From: Clostridium sp. CAG:217
GTDB lineage: Bacteria > Bacillota_I > Bacilli_A > Erysipelotrichales > Erysipelotrichaceae
Length of the DNA stretch: 62,052 bases
Direction: 5' to 3'
Assembly (NCBI GenBank): GCA_963623125.1
Contig: CAVFKJ010000046.1
Location: 41,253-103,304 of the forward strand
The position numbers and the translations under genes were made by a program. This document shows, one piece after another, positions 54,705 to 62,052 of the stretch. The number at the start of each line of letters is the position of its first letter. The stretch's first letter is position 1. The notes under the pieces are model-generated. The model saw only the letters and a program-made list of their open reading frames with translations. It was not told the DNA's origin and ran no database searches.

Positions 54705-55763
54705 ATGGATATTAGAGAGATTTTAGAGTATGCGGTAAATAAGGAAGCTAGTGATATTTTTATTGTCGCTGGTACACAGATTGCGTATAAGATTAATGGT
54801 TCAATTGAGACGGTTGACGATGTTAGCCTTAAGCCGGATGATACTTATGATTTAGTAAAACAAATTTATGAAATTAGTAATAATACTAATGATATAGATA
54901 GATTAAAGGAAGATGATTTTTCTTTTTCTTTAAAAGATGTTGGACGTTTTAGAGTAAATATTTATCGTCAAAGAGGTTCTTTGGCAGCGGTACTTAGAGT
55001 TGTGCGTTTTACTTTACCCGATCCTAGCAAGCTTCATATATTACCTAGCATTTTAGATTTAGCCAAATTAACAAAGGGTTTAATCTTGGTTACTGGTAGT
55101 GCTGGCAGTGGCAAGTCTACAACTTTGGCTTGCATTGTAGATGAGATTAATAAAACGAGGAATGCCCATATTATCACTATTGAAGATCCAATTGAATATC
55201 TTCATAAGCATAATAAGTCTATTGTTTCTCAGCGTGAAATAGGTCATGATACTGATGATTATTTAAACGCTTTGCGTGCCGCTTTAAGAGAAGCACCTGA
55301 TGTGATTCTTGTGGGGGAGATGCGTGATTTAGAGACGGTAAGTGTGGCTCTTACAGCGGCTGAGACAGGGCACTTAGTATTAAGTACGCTTCATACTTCA
55401 GGGGCAAGTGATACGATTAGTAGAATTATTGATATTTTCCCTCCTGCCCAACAGGAACAAATTCGTATTCAATTAACAATGACTTTACAAGCGGTTATTT
55501 CTCAACAGCTTATCAAGGGAAAAGATGGCAAGATGTATCCAAGTTATGAAGTTATGAAGACTTGTCCAGCTATTTGTTCGCAAATTAGGGATAATAAGCT
55601 TCATCTTATCAACAATACAATTATGCTTAATCGTAACAATGGCATGATTACTAACGATGATAGTGTTTATGAATTATATAAGAAGGGTTTGATTGATAAG
55701 GAGAGTGCTTTAACCCATTCTTCGAATATGGAGGCAATGGCTAGTAAACTTAATCATTTTTGA
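54705..55763 (+). CDS. pilT: PilT-family (twitching-motility/retraction-type) secretion ATPase
   Basis: Collinear by eye with P. aeruginosa PilT: ASDIFI, DFSFSL..GRFRVN, Walker A GSAGSGKSTTLA, ITIEDPIEY, ALRAALREAPDVILVGEMRDLET and TAAETGHLVLSTLHT. It has no PilB-type N-terminal extension or tetracysteine motif. Confidence 0.85.
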   Translation: MDIREILEYAVNKEASDIFIVAGTQIAYKINGSIETVDDVSLKPDDTYDLVKQIYEISNNTNDIDRLKEDDFSFSLKDVGRFRVNIYRQRGSLAAVLRVVRFTLPDPSKLHILPSILDLAKLTKGLILVTGSAGSGKSTTLACIVDEINKTRNAHIITIEDPIEYLHKHNKSIVSQREIGHDTDDYLNALRAALREAPDVILVGEMRDLETVSVALTAAETGHLVLSTLHTSGASDTISRIIDIFPPAQQEQIRIQLTMTLQAVISQQLIKGKDGKMYPSYEVMKTCPAICSQIRDNKLHLINNTIMLNRNNGMITNDDSVYELYKKGLIDKESALTHSSNMEAMASKLNHF

Positions 55764-55785
55764 TGTTATACTTTAGGTAAGAAGT

Positions 55786-56904
55786 ATGGACGAAAAAATT
55801 TATGCCTTTAGTTTGTTTGGGGTATTTAGAGTATATACTCAAGACAAAGAAGTATTGTTAAGAGATAAGTTAGGTAAACAACTATCTAGTCTTTTTGCGT
55901 TTCTTTTACTAAATCATAATCATCCAGTTTTAAAAGATAAATTAATTGATACTTTTTGGAATGATAGCGATAATCCCGCTAACGCTTTAAAATACGCTAT
56001 TTTTAGATTAAGGGGTGCCCTAAAGGATATTGAGGAATTTAAGGATATTGATTTAATAGTTAGTGCTAATAATGCTTATCAAATTAATCCTGATTTAGAT
56101 ATAAATTTAGATGTTGAAGCTTTTGAGAGTGCTGTTTCTTATGGTAGGCAAAATAATGATATTGAGAGTTTAAGAAACGCTTTTGATATTTATTGTGGAA
56201 ATTATTTAGATGGTGTTAATCAAGAGTGGATTGATAGTGATAGAGGCTATTATCAAACTATTATGCTTGATATTTGTAATGAACTTGCCTTATGGGAAAT
56301 AAATAGCGGTAGTGGTAAGAAAGCTATTGAGTATGCTGAAAAAGGTTTAAGTTATGATTGTTTTGACGAAAAACTTATTTATGCTTATTTAAAGGCTTTA
56401 GTTTTAGATAAAAAATATAGTCAGGCTATGACTTATTACAAGAATATTTCTAAGCGTTATTTTGAACAAATGGGCTTTAAGTTAGAGAGTACCAATAAAG
56501 GTTTTAGTGAAATACTTTCTAATAATGGTGAAACTTATATTTCAAGTAAAAGTGTTGACGTTGATACTATAACCGGGCCAATGGTGGTGAATAGTGATAC
56601 TTTTAATAGTATTTGTGTTTATTCGATTAGAAATAATGGCCGATATGATACTACAGCTTATGTGCTTACTATCTCTTTAGATAAAGATGATGAACATCTT
56701 GATAGTATTATGAATAAATTTATGAGCATTTTTGAGGTTCTATTTAGAAAAAGTGATGTCATTTGTCGAATAAATGATAATGAATTTGCGATACTATTTA
56801 GGTTTAAGAATAAGGAGAATACTAAAATAATTGAAAATAGAATTAATTCTCGTTTAGCTAAGATTTATACAAAAAACATTAAATATACTTGGAAGACTTT
56901 GTAG
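55786..56904 (+). CDS. SARP-type winged-helix + BTAD regulator fused to a degenerate GGDEF-like domain
   Basis: N-terminus FSLFGVFRVY...LIDTFWNDSDNPANALKYAIFRLRGAL is an OmpR/SARP-type wHTH. BTAD helices follow (FDIYCGNYLDGVNQEWI...). The C-terminus has RINDNEFAILF where RxGGDEFxxL would be expected. Confidence 0.65.
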   Translation: MDEKIYAFSLFGVFRVYTQDKEVLLRDKLGKQLSSLFAFLLLNHNHPVLKDKLIDTFWNDSDNPANALKYAIFRLRGALKDIEEFKDIDLIVSANNAYQINPDLDINLDVEAFESAVSYGRQNNDIESLRNAFDIYCGNYLDGVNQEWIDSDRGYYQTIMLDICNELALWEINSGSGKKAIEYAEKGLSYDCFDEKLIYAYLKALVLDKKYSQAMTYYKNISKRYFEQMGFKLESTNKGFSEILSNNGETYISSKSVDVDTITGPMVVNSDTFNSICVYSIRNNGRYDTTAYVLTISLDKDDEHLDSIMNKFMSIFEVLFRKSDVICRINDNEFAILFRFKNKENTKIIENRINSRLAKIYTKNIKYTWKTL

Positions 56905-56956
56905 CTTTTGTTTTTTTGGTTATATGCGATAATTCAAGTGAATAAGGAGGGGCTTT

Positions 56957-57454
56957 ATGAAAAGAAAAATTATCACATGTTGTGCCATCTTGGCTTGTTT
57001 ACTAATTGGATGCAGTAAGAGCACCGTAAGTAAAGAATATGGAGTAGATTACAATTTAGGTGAAGACTGCTTTATTAGATTTTACTTAGATCCAAGTGAT
57101 TGCAAGAAAGTAAATGCGATTTATATTGTAGCTAATAAAGATAATAGACAATCAGGCTTTGATGGCGATTTCCCTAGCGACATTAAAGAAGATATTCCTA
57201 TTTCATATGCTTATACCGATGATCAAGAAGTAATTTACTTTAGGTTTTATAATAAGGACTTCGATTATACTAAGGCAGTCCCTTTATTTGAATATGCCGG
57301 TTTAGATAAATTTACAAATAGACCAAATTTAAAGGATATTGTTAAAAATGAGGAGTTTGCTTATAAGAATATAATTTTAAAGGGTACACTTACTACTAAT
57401 ATTTCATTCTCTGGCGATGGGGAAGATGTTGATATTAATAAGGCATTAAGCTAA
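56957..57454 (+). CDS. Lipoprotein, function unknown
   Basis: Signal peptide with lipobox LLIGC. AAGGAGG RBS. Confidence 0.6.
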   Translation: MKRKIITCCAILACLLIGCSKSTVSKEYGVDYNLGEDCFIRFYLDPSDCKKVNAIYIVANKDNRQSGFDGDFPSDIKEDIPISYAYTDDQEVIYFRFYNKDFDYTKAVPLFEYAGLDKFTNRPNLKDIVKNEEFAYKNIILKGTLTTNISFSGDGEDVDINKALS

Positions 57455-57460
57455 TTAAAA

Positions 57461-57494
57461 GGACCGTGATTTTCACGGTCCACGTTTTATTTTG
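57461..57494. terminator. Bidirectional terminator
   Basis: ggaccgtga-ttt-tcacggtcc perfect hairpin followed by a T-rich run, between convergent genes. Confidence 0.75.
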
Positions 57495-57505
57495 TATTAA
57501 ATAGA

Positions 57506-58651
57506 TTACATTAATGAACGATATAATTTTTCAATATCTTCTACTGTACATTCTCTTGGGTTACCAGGACGGCATGCATCATTGTAGGCATCAATTGATA
57601 ATTGGTGAAGATCTTCTTCTTTTACAACACCCTTTAATGTACATTCAATGCCAACATCCTTAGCTAGTTGTTTAACAGCGTCGATAGCAGCTTTTCTATA
57701 TTCTTCTTGGCTCATTTCATCAACACCTTTAACACCCATAGCACGTGCGATTTCTCTATACTTTTCACCACTTACAGGAGCGTTAAATTCCATTGAAGTA
57801 GGAAGTAAAGTAGCACAAGCCTTACCATGTGGCATATCGTAGTATGCGCTAAGTGTATGTGCCATTGCATGGTCAACACCTAAACCTACATTTGAGAAGC
57901 CCATACCAGCGATGTATTGGCCAAGGGCCATACCTTCTCTACCTTCTTTTTCATTATTTACAGCAGATCTTAAGCTCTTTGCGATAAGTTCGATAGCTTT
58001 GATATGGAACATATCAGATAATTCCCATGCGCCAGCAGTAGTATAACCTTCAATGGCGTGTGTTAGAGCATCCATACCTGTTGCGGCAGTTAAGCCCTTA
58101 GGCATTGAAGACATCATTTCTGGATCGACAACTGCACAAACTGGGATATCGTGTACATCTACACAAACGAATTTTCTCTTCTTTTCAACATCAGTAATTA
58201 CATAGTTGATAGTTACTTCAGCAGCAGTACCAGCAGTAGTAGGCACGGCGATAATTGGCACACATGGTTTCTTAGTAGGAGCTACACCTTCAAGAGATCT
58301 TACATCTTCAAATTCTGGGTTGTTGATAATAATACCGATAGCCTTTGAAGTATCCATTGAAGAACCACCGCCAATGGCGATAATGCAATCAGCACCACAT
58401 TCTTTGAATGTTTTAACGCCTTCTTTTACATTTTCAATAGTTGGGTTTGGTTTGATGTTTGAATACAAATGATAAGGAATATTTGCCTTATCTAGTAAGT
58501 CAGTTACTTTAGCTGTTACGCCAAATTTTACAAGATCTGGGTCAGATGCGACAAATGCTTTTTTAAAGCCTCTGTTTTTGAATTCCTCAGGAATTACACT
58601 GATGCATCCTGCACCATGATAAGATGTTTCATTTAATACGAATCTATTCAT
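57506..58651 (-). CDS. fucO: Iron-containing alcohol dehydrogenase, lactaldehyde reductase (FucO)-like
   Basis: Near-collinear with E. coli FucO: LNETSYHGAG, IAIGGGS, NNPEFEDVRSLEG, PTTAGTAAEVTINYVITD..KRKFVCVD, ALTHAIEGY, and GMGFSNVGLG. Confidence 0.85.
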   Translation of the reverse strand: MNRFVLNETSYHGAGCISVIPEEFKNRGFKKAFVASDPDLVKFGVTAKVTDLLDKANIPYHLYSNIKPNPTIENVKEGVKTFKECGADCIIAIGGGSSMDTSKAIGIIINNPEFEDVRSLEGVAPTKKPCVPIIAVPTTAGTAAEVTINYVITDVEKKRKFVCVDVHDIPVCAVVDPEMMSSMPKGLTAATGMDALTHAIEGYTTAGAWELSDMFHIKAIELIAKSLRSAVNNEKEGREGMALGQYIAGMGFSNVGLGVDHAMAHTLSAYYDMPHGKACATLLPTSMEFNAPVSGEKYREIARAMGVKGVDEMSQEEYRKAAIDAVKQLAKDVGIECTLKGVVKEEDLHQLSIDAYNDACRPGNPRECTVEDIEKLYRSLM

Positions 58652-58704
58652 TTTTTGATTCCTCCTGTATTCAATTATAACGCTATTTGTGAAAACTGTA
58701 ACAA

Positions 58705-60144
58705 TTATTGCAAGATGATGGAACTGTGATTGGTCTTATATACCTTTGTTTTACCATCTGATTTTATTAATAAATCTTGTTTTACTAAGTTATTAATAAT
58801 GGTATTTCTTAAGTAACTTGAATCACTAATATTTAAATTAGCAGCAATCTCTTTGATGCTTCTTGCCTGCGCGTAACAATACGATAGAATTTGTTTATCA
58901 TATTTGCTTTCCTTTTCGATTGGAGGATAAATTAAATTTGTTGTTTCATTACTTTCTATGCCTTCAAGATAGGTTAAATCGGGAAGGACTAGAGTAAAAT
59001 GGTCGCTTGTTGAAAAGATGTAAGGTCTATGTTTAAGATCACAATCTTTATAGTCTTCAAGTATTTTATCAAAGTCAGTACCAGCTGCTTCCATAACGTT
59101 ACATAAAACAAGTACTCCACATATAATGTTGTTTCTTCTTTTAGAAATAATATGCGATAAGTCATATGTTTTAGCTATTGTTTCGCCATTATAAAAGCTT
59201 CCTGGTGAGGATATTTCTAGTCGATCTTTAAAAATATCGAATTGAATCTGGCTACCATCGATAAAGTAGTCCCTATGGGCAAAAGTGTTTACTACGCCCT
59301 CAAATAATGCACGTTTAGGGTAAGAGTCAATATTTATTCTATAATCATCTTTTTTGATGATAGAGTGGTTCATTCTGCTTGTAATAAAGTCCATCACATA
59401 GGAAATTGAATCAGTGATATTACCTTTATATTTATTAATACTGACAATTCTTTGACTACCTTTATTAAAGCCGGAATATAGTGAACACTGAACAAGTGTT
59501 TTATCACCATCATAATCATCTTTAAATAATAGAGCACCATTACTCAAATTATTATCATTATCATAAAAGCCTAAAGAGCTTAGAACTTTATTTGATAATT
59601 GTTTATTGTCATTGTGAAGAGAATAGAAGGCGAATAATTTTTTAAAATCATTTTGACTATATTTAATATCGCTATAAAGAGAATCATATTGTACTTTCTT
59701 ACTAGAAATGGACATATTTATTATTTCTTCATATGTGGCACCATTAGTGAAACCATCTCTTCGCATGTATATTGATGGAATGTCATTGTATTTTAGGATA
59801 ATGGGTTTAATAGCTGATTCATAAACATTTACTTTGATAATAAACAATTCTTTTCCTCTAATCTCATATCTTAAAAACTCTATGTTTATATTTGGTCTTG
59901 GCGTTAAATGCTCATTTATTTGACTATTGAAGTAATTTCTTTCTTTGTCTGCTTGCGTTTTATCAAAACCGACTAGTTTATTTGTCTTGTCTTCTACACC
60001 AATATAAAAGACGCCACCTTTATTATTAGAAAAACCTGCGATTGTTTTTAACCAAGATATTGGATCTTGTGCGTTTAATTTGCTTTTGCATTCAAAAAAT
60101 TCATTTTCAGTATAATGAGTGTTATCTATTTCTTCTAAAAACAT
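58705..60144 (-). CDS. AlbA_2 (Schlafen-like) + HATPase_c_4 + C-terminal winged-helix protein, paralog of 30413-31717
   Basis: ENEFFECKS...GGVFYIGVEDKTNKLVG matches AlbA_2. LFEGVVNTFAHRDY...KDRLEISSPGSF matches HATPase_c_4. The C-terminal SIKEIAANLNISDSSYLRNTIINNLVKQ is a wHTH. The ATG at 60144 follows a GGGAGA RBS; the track start is an upstream GTG. Confidence 0.7.
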   Translation of the reverse strand: MFLEEIDNTHYTENEFFECKSKLNAQDPISWLKTIAGFSNNKGGVFYIGVEDKTNKLVGFDKTQADKERNYFNSQINEHLTPRPNINIEFLRYEIRGKELFIIKVNVYESAIKPIILKYNDIPSIYMRRDGFTNGATYEEIINMSISSKKVQYDSLYSDIKYSQNDFKKLFAFYSLHNDNKQLSNKVLSSLGFYDNDNNLSNGALLFKDDYDGDKTLVQCSLYSGFNKGSQRIVSINKYKGNITDSISYVMDFITSRMNHSIIKKDDYRINIDSYPKRALFEGVVNTFAHRDYFIDGSQIQFDIFKDRLEISSPGSFYNGETIAKTYDLSHIISKRRNNIICGVLVLCNVMEAAGTDFDKILEDYKDCDLKHRPYIFSTSDHFTLVLPDLTYLEGIESNETTNLIYPPIEKESKYDKQILSYCYAQARSIKEIAANLNISDSSYLRNTIINNLVKQDLLIKSDGKTKVYKTNHSSIILQ

Positions 60145-60157
60145 AATATTTTCTCCC

Positions 60158-60241
60158 ACTTCAATTTTACTTCAAAGCTACTTCAATATAACTTCAATAA
60201 ATACTTCAATGCTACTTCAATGAATTATTGAAGTACTTCAA
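60158..60241 (-). repeat. Seven ACTTCAA (gene-sense TTGAAGT) iterons plus one inverted copy, directly upstream of the AlbA_2 paralog
   Basis: ACTTCAA starts at 60158, 60169, 60180, 60191, 60203, 60214 and 60235, giving spacings of 11/11/11/12/11/21 bp. Inverted repeat tacttcaat-gaatt-attgaagta at 60213-60235. Confidence 0.85.
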
Positions 60242-60282
60242 AATAGGGATGATATAATTTAAAAAATAATTTAGGAGCATTT

Positions 60283-61863
60283 ATGAAGAATATAGGAAAA
60301 GTTTTGCTTAGTGTTTTATTGTTAATTGTAATGGTAGGATGTTCATCTGATAATAAGGTTACAATGGATGATGTCGATAGTATTAAGGCTTATATAGATG
60401 AAACATTTTATGGAGCGGGTGTAAAACAAATTGAAGTGACTTATAAAAGTGGTAGTAATTTATCTTGTATTGATAAAGAAAGCTACATTATTGAAGATAG
60501 AGGCAGTTTAAATCCTGATTTTGGTAGACTTGATATTGAAAGTGTAGAAGTAAAAGATAATGTTGTTACACTAAATATTCATAGAGGTTTTGATGCGAGT
60601 GAAAATAATGCACTTATTTATACGGGCGATGATGCAGGTGTAAGAGAAAGGAACAGCTTTGGCGTACTTGTTTCTGTTGGCTGGTATAGAGATGTTGATG
60701 GAGCTATCCATTATGGTGATAATAATCCTGATAATATTGGTTATCAAGTAAGACCTAGTTTAGAATTAAGGCTTCGTCATGCTTGGGAAGATGAAAGTAA
60801 GAATGAATGTCTAGCTAATGAAGATGGCCAATATAACAATAATGGTAAATGGCTTGACAGTGTTAATAGACAGCTTGATAAGTTTAATAATTTGTATGAT
60901 TTAAAGATTGAAAGTAGTGCAAGTAATGTGGCTGATAATACAGCTGATAAGTATGTAAGAGGCTATTACTATATCCCTGAAGATTATAATCCAGATAATG
61001 GCATCATCTTTACTTTACAAGGTCAAGCTATTTCTTATTGGCGACTAGAAGATGGAACAGATAATGAAGGAACTGGCTTATTGTTTGATAGCGCTACTTC
61101 TTCTTGGATAAATACTGGGGCAATCGTGGTAAATATCCAAGATAGGTCAAGCTATGGCAAAGACTATGGAAGCTTTTGGGAAAGCTATGATTTTGTATTA
61201 GATGATGTAAATGTTATGAAATATTTCATCGATAAATATAACATTACAGGCAATATTGTCTTACAAGGCAATTCAAGAGGTACTATGGCTAGCGCTATGA
61301 TAATTAAAGCTTTAGCAGGACAAGAATATAATCCTAAGAATCAAATAAAAGATGGGACATATGAAGAAACTTTCTTATTAGATAAAGATAAGTATAACTT
61401 CAATGTGAATGCCTATATTTGTCAAAACGGTATGTTTGGCTATGAATATGATGAAGAAGACTACAAAGCGGTATGTGCTACTAATTTAAAAGTATGGGCC
61501 TTTAATGGTGAACAAGATACTGATGATTATGCTGATATTACTAAATATAAAGAAATGATGATTAATATAAATGGTGAAGAGTGGTCTAATGAAAATATTC
61601 GTTTAACGGCATATCCAAGCGAATTATTCTATCCATTTGGTGAAAGTGATCATTCAGTTACCCGTATTAATGGCTGGTTCTTTGCGGATAAGGGCTATTT
61701 AGGTCCTGATTTAGAAATTAATGATGATGGCGAAATTGTTTATTCTAATAAACTAAATGATGGTGATGCTTATTCTTTAAGGGGTAGAGGCAATGGTTCT
61801 TTAAAAAAGGATTATATATATCAAATTTATGATGAATCCTTCCATTTGTGGGCACTTAAATAA
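60283..61863 (+). CDS. Lipoprotein with a C-terminal alpha/beta-hydrolase (esterase-like) domain
   Basis: Lipobox VMVGC. Nucleophile elbow QGNSRGT (G-x-S-x-G). A late Asp and His (GESDHSV) are consistent with a catalytic triad. Confidence 0.6.
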   Translation: MKNIGKVLLSVLLLIVMVGCSSDNKVTMDDVDSIKAYIDETFYGAGVKQIEVTYKSGSNLSCIDKESYIIEDRGSLNPDFGRLDIESVEVKDNVVTLNIHRGFDASENNALIYTGDDAGVRERNSFGVLVSVGWYRDVDGAIHYGDNNPDNIGYQVRPSLELRLRHAWEDESKNECLANEDGQYNNNGKWLDSVNRQLDKFNNLYDLKIESSASNVADNTADKYVRGYYYIPEDYNPDNGIIFTLQGQAISYWRLEDGTDNEGTGLLFDSATSSWINTGAIVVNIQDRSSYGKDYGSFWESYDFVLDDVNVMKYFIDKYNITGNIVLQGNSRGTMASAMIIKALAGQEYNPKNQIKDGTYEETFLLDKDKYNFNVNAYICQNGMFGYEYDEEDYKAVCATNLKVWAFNGEQDTDDYADITKYKEMMININGEEWSNENIRLTAYPSELFYPFGESDHSVTRINGWFFADKGYLGPDLEINDDGEIVYSNKLNDGDAYSLRGRGNGSLKKDYIYQIYDESFHLWALK

Positions 61864-61865
61864 TT

Positions 61866-61928
61866 AAAAAAAGCTATCGAATATCCTAGAGGGGAAAGTT
61901 AGAATTTCTAGGTATTCAATAGCTTTTT
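61866..61928. terminator. Long bidirectional terminator hairpin
   Basis: A stem of about 21 bp, aaaaagctatcgaatatcctaga / tctaggtattcaatagcttttt, with one mismatch and one bulge. It has A-run and T-run flanks. Confidence 0.65.
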
Positions 61929-61930
61929 AT

Positions 61931-62050
61931 TTATTTTTTAGAAGATTTTTTACTAGGAGCCTTTTCTTCCTTGGCTTCTTTTTCTTCTTCTAAACTCTTA
62001 TATGTTCCATAATATGAATCAGTTAAGATTTGTTCAATATCCTTAATCAT
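61931..62050 (-). CDS. Possible small ORF or 3' end of a gene that extends beyond the window
   Basis: The reverse strand reads MIKDIEQILTDSYYGTYKSLEEEKEAKEEKAPSKKSSKK-stop. The frame stays open to the window edge, so the Met may be internal. Confidence 0.3.
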   Translation of the reverse strand: MIKDIEQILTDSYYGTYKSLEEEKEAKEEKAPSKKSSKK

Positions 62051-62052
62051 TG

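Noticed and set aside
918-58472. Other short ORFs nested in or antisense to long genes (for example 918-1115, 2793-3014, 5490-5708, 6902-7267, 9755-9949, 11403-11627, 12497-12688, 13717-13938, 15166-15348, 17088-17297, 18590-18778, 21276-21504 on both strands, 24322-24567, 26231-26524, 26810-27004, 29602-29826, 31161-31457, 35267-35639, 45730-45918, 48741-49103, 54135-54380, 57648-58472).
   Set aside because: Each lies wholly inside, or largely overlaps, a longer ORF with clear family motifs. Their compositions are low-complexity (Ile/Leu/Phe/Ser/Lys-rich), as expected from AT-rich antisense frames, and none has a convincing RBS.
30345-60241. Whether the short repeat arrays (4621-4824, 13905-13986, 30345-30389, 31714-31747, 60158-60241) could be CRISPR arrays.
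   Set aside because: The units are 9-13 bp and essentially contiguous, with no 25-40 bp unique spacers. No cas genes are present. They fit iteron or operator arrays better.
1-62052. Mobile genetic elements or a prophage as an explanation for the accessory blocks.
   Set aside because: No integrase, transposase, recombinase, phage structural gene, tRNA attachment target or terminal inverted repeat was recognised. Only the 34-bp direct repeat around 30413-31717 hints at cassette behaviour, and that is reported as a finding.

Overview
AT-rich, gene-dense chromosomal segment of a low-GC Bacillota-type bacterium. It uses the standard code (TGA is a stop, TGG is Trp). No integrase, transposase, rRNA, tRNA or CRISPR array was seen. 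About 6.4-25.4 kb is origin-proximal housekeeping synteny: rsmG-noc-soj-spo0J, telA-like, yfcE-like, ychF, tilS-hpt-ftsH, tmk-holB-ricT-rsmI. An FMN riboswitch with ribU follows. The accessory content is: (1) tandem DUF62 SAM hydroxide adenosyltransferase paralogs and a 1116-aa PMP-repeat surface protein. (2) A toxin-first MqsR-like / MqsA-like::DUF4065 (Panacea) pair, next to a repeat-dense convergent intergenic region. (3) An XpaC-like / unknown / double-AAA+ operon. (4) Two paralogous AlbA_2-HATPase_c_4-wHTH genes, each preceded by about 11-bp-phased iterons sharing the core word AAGTA; one gene is also bracketed by a perfect 34-bp direct repeat. (5) A hybrid sensor kinase followed by a complete accessory Sec locus: serine-rich repeat adhesin, secY2, asp1-3, secA2, gtfA, gtfB. 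(6) Directly downstream, a compact type-IV-filament-like operon: a GspF-like platform, four small N-terminally anchored proteins with degenerate prepilin-like leaders, and a PilT-type ATPase as the only ATPase. It is flanked by a transglutaminase-like putative lipoprotein and a SARP/BTAD::degenerate-GGDEF regulator. I rank (6) as the best candidate for an undescribed system, followed by the iteron-flanked AlbA_2 genes, the MqsR/MqsA-Panacea pair and the XpaC/AAA+ operon. All family calls are by-eye motif recognition from the supplied translations; no searches were run.
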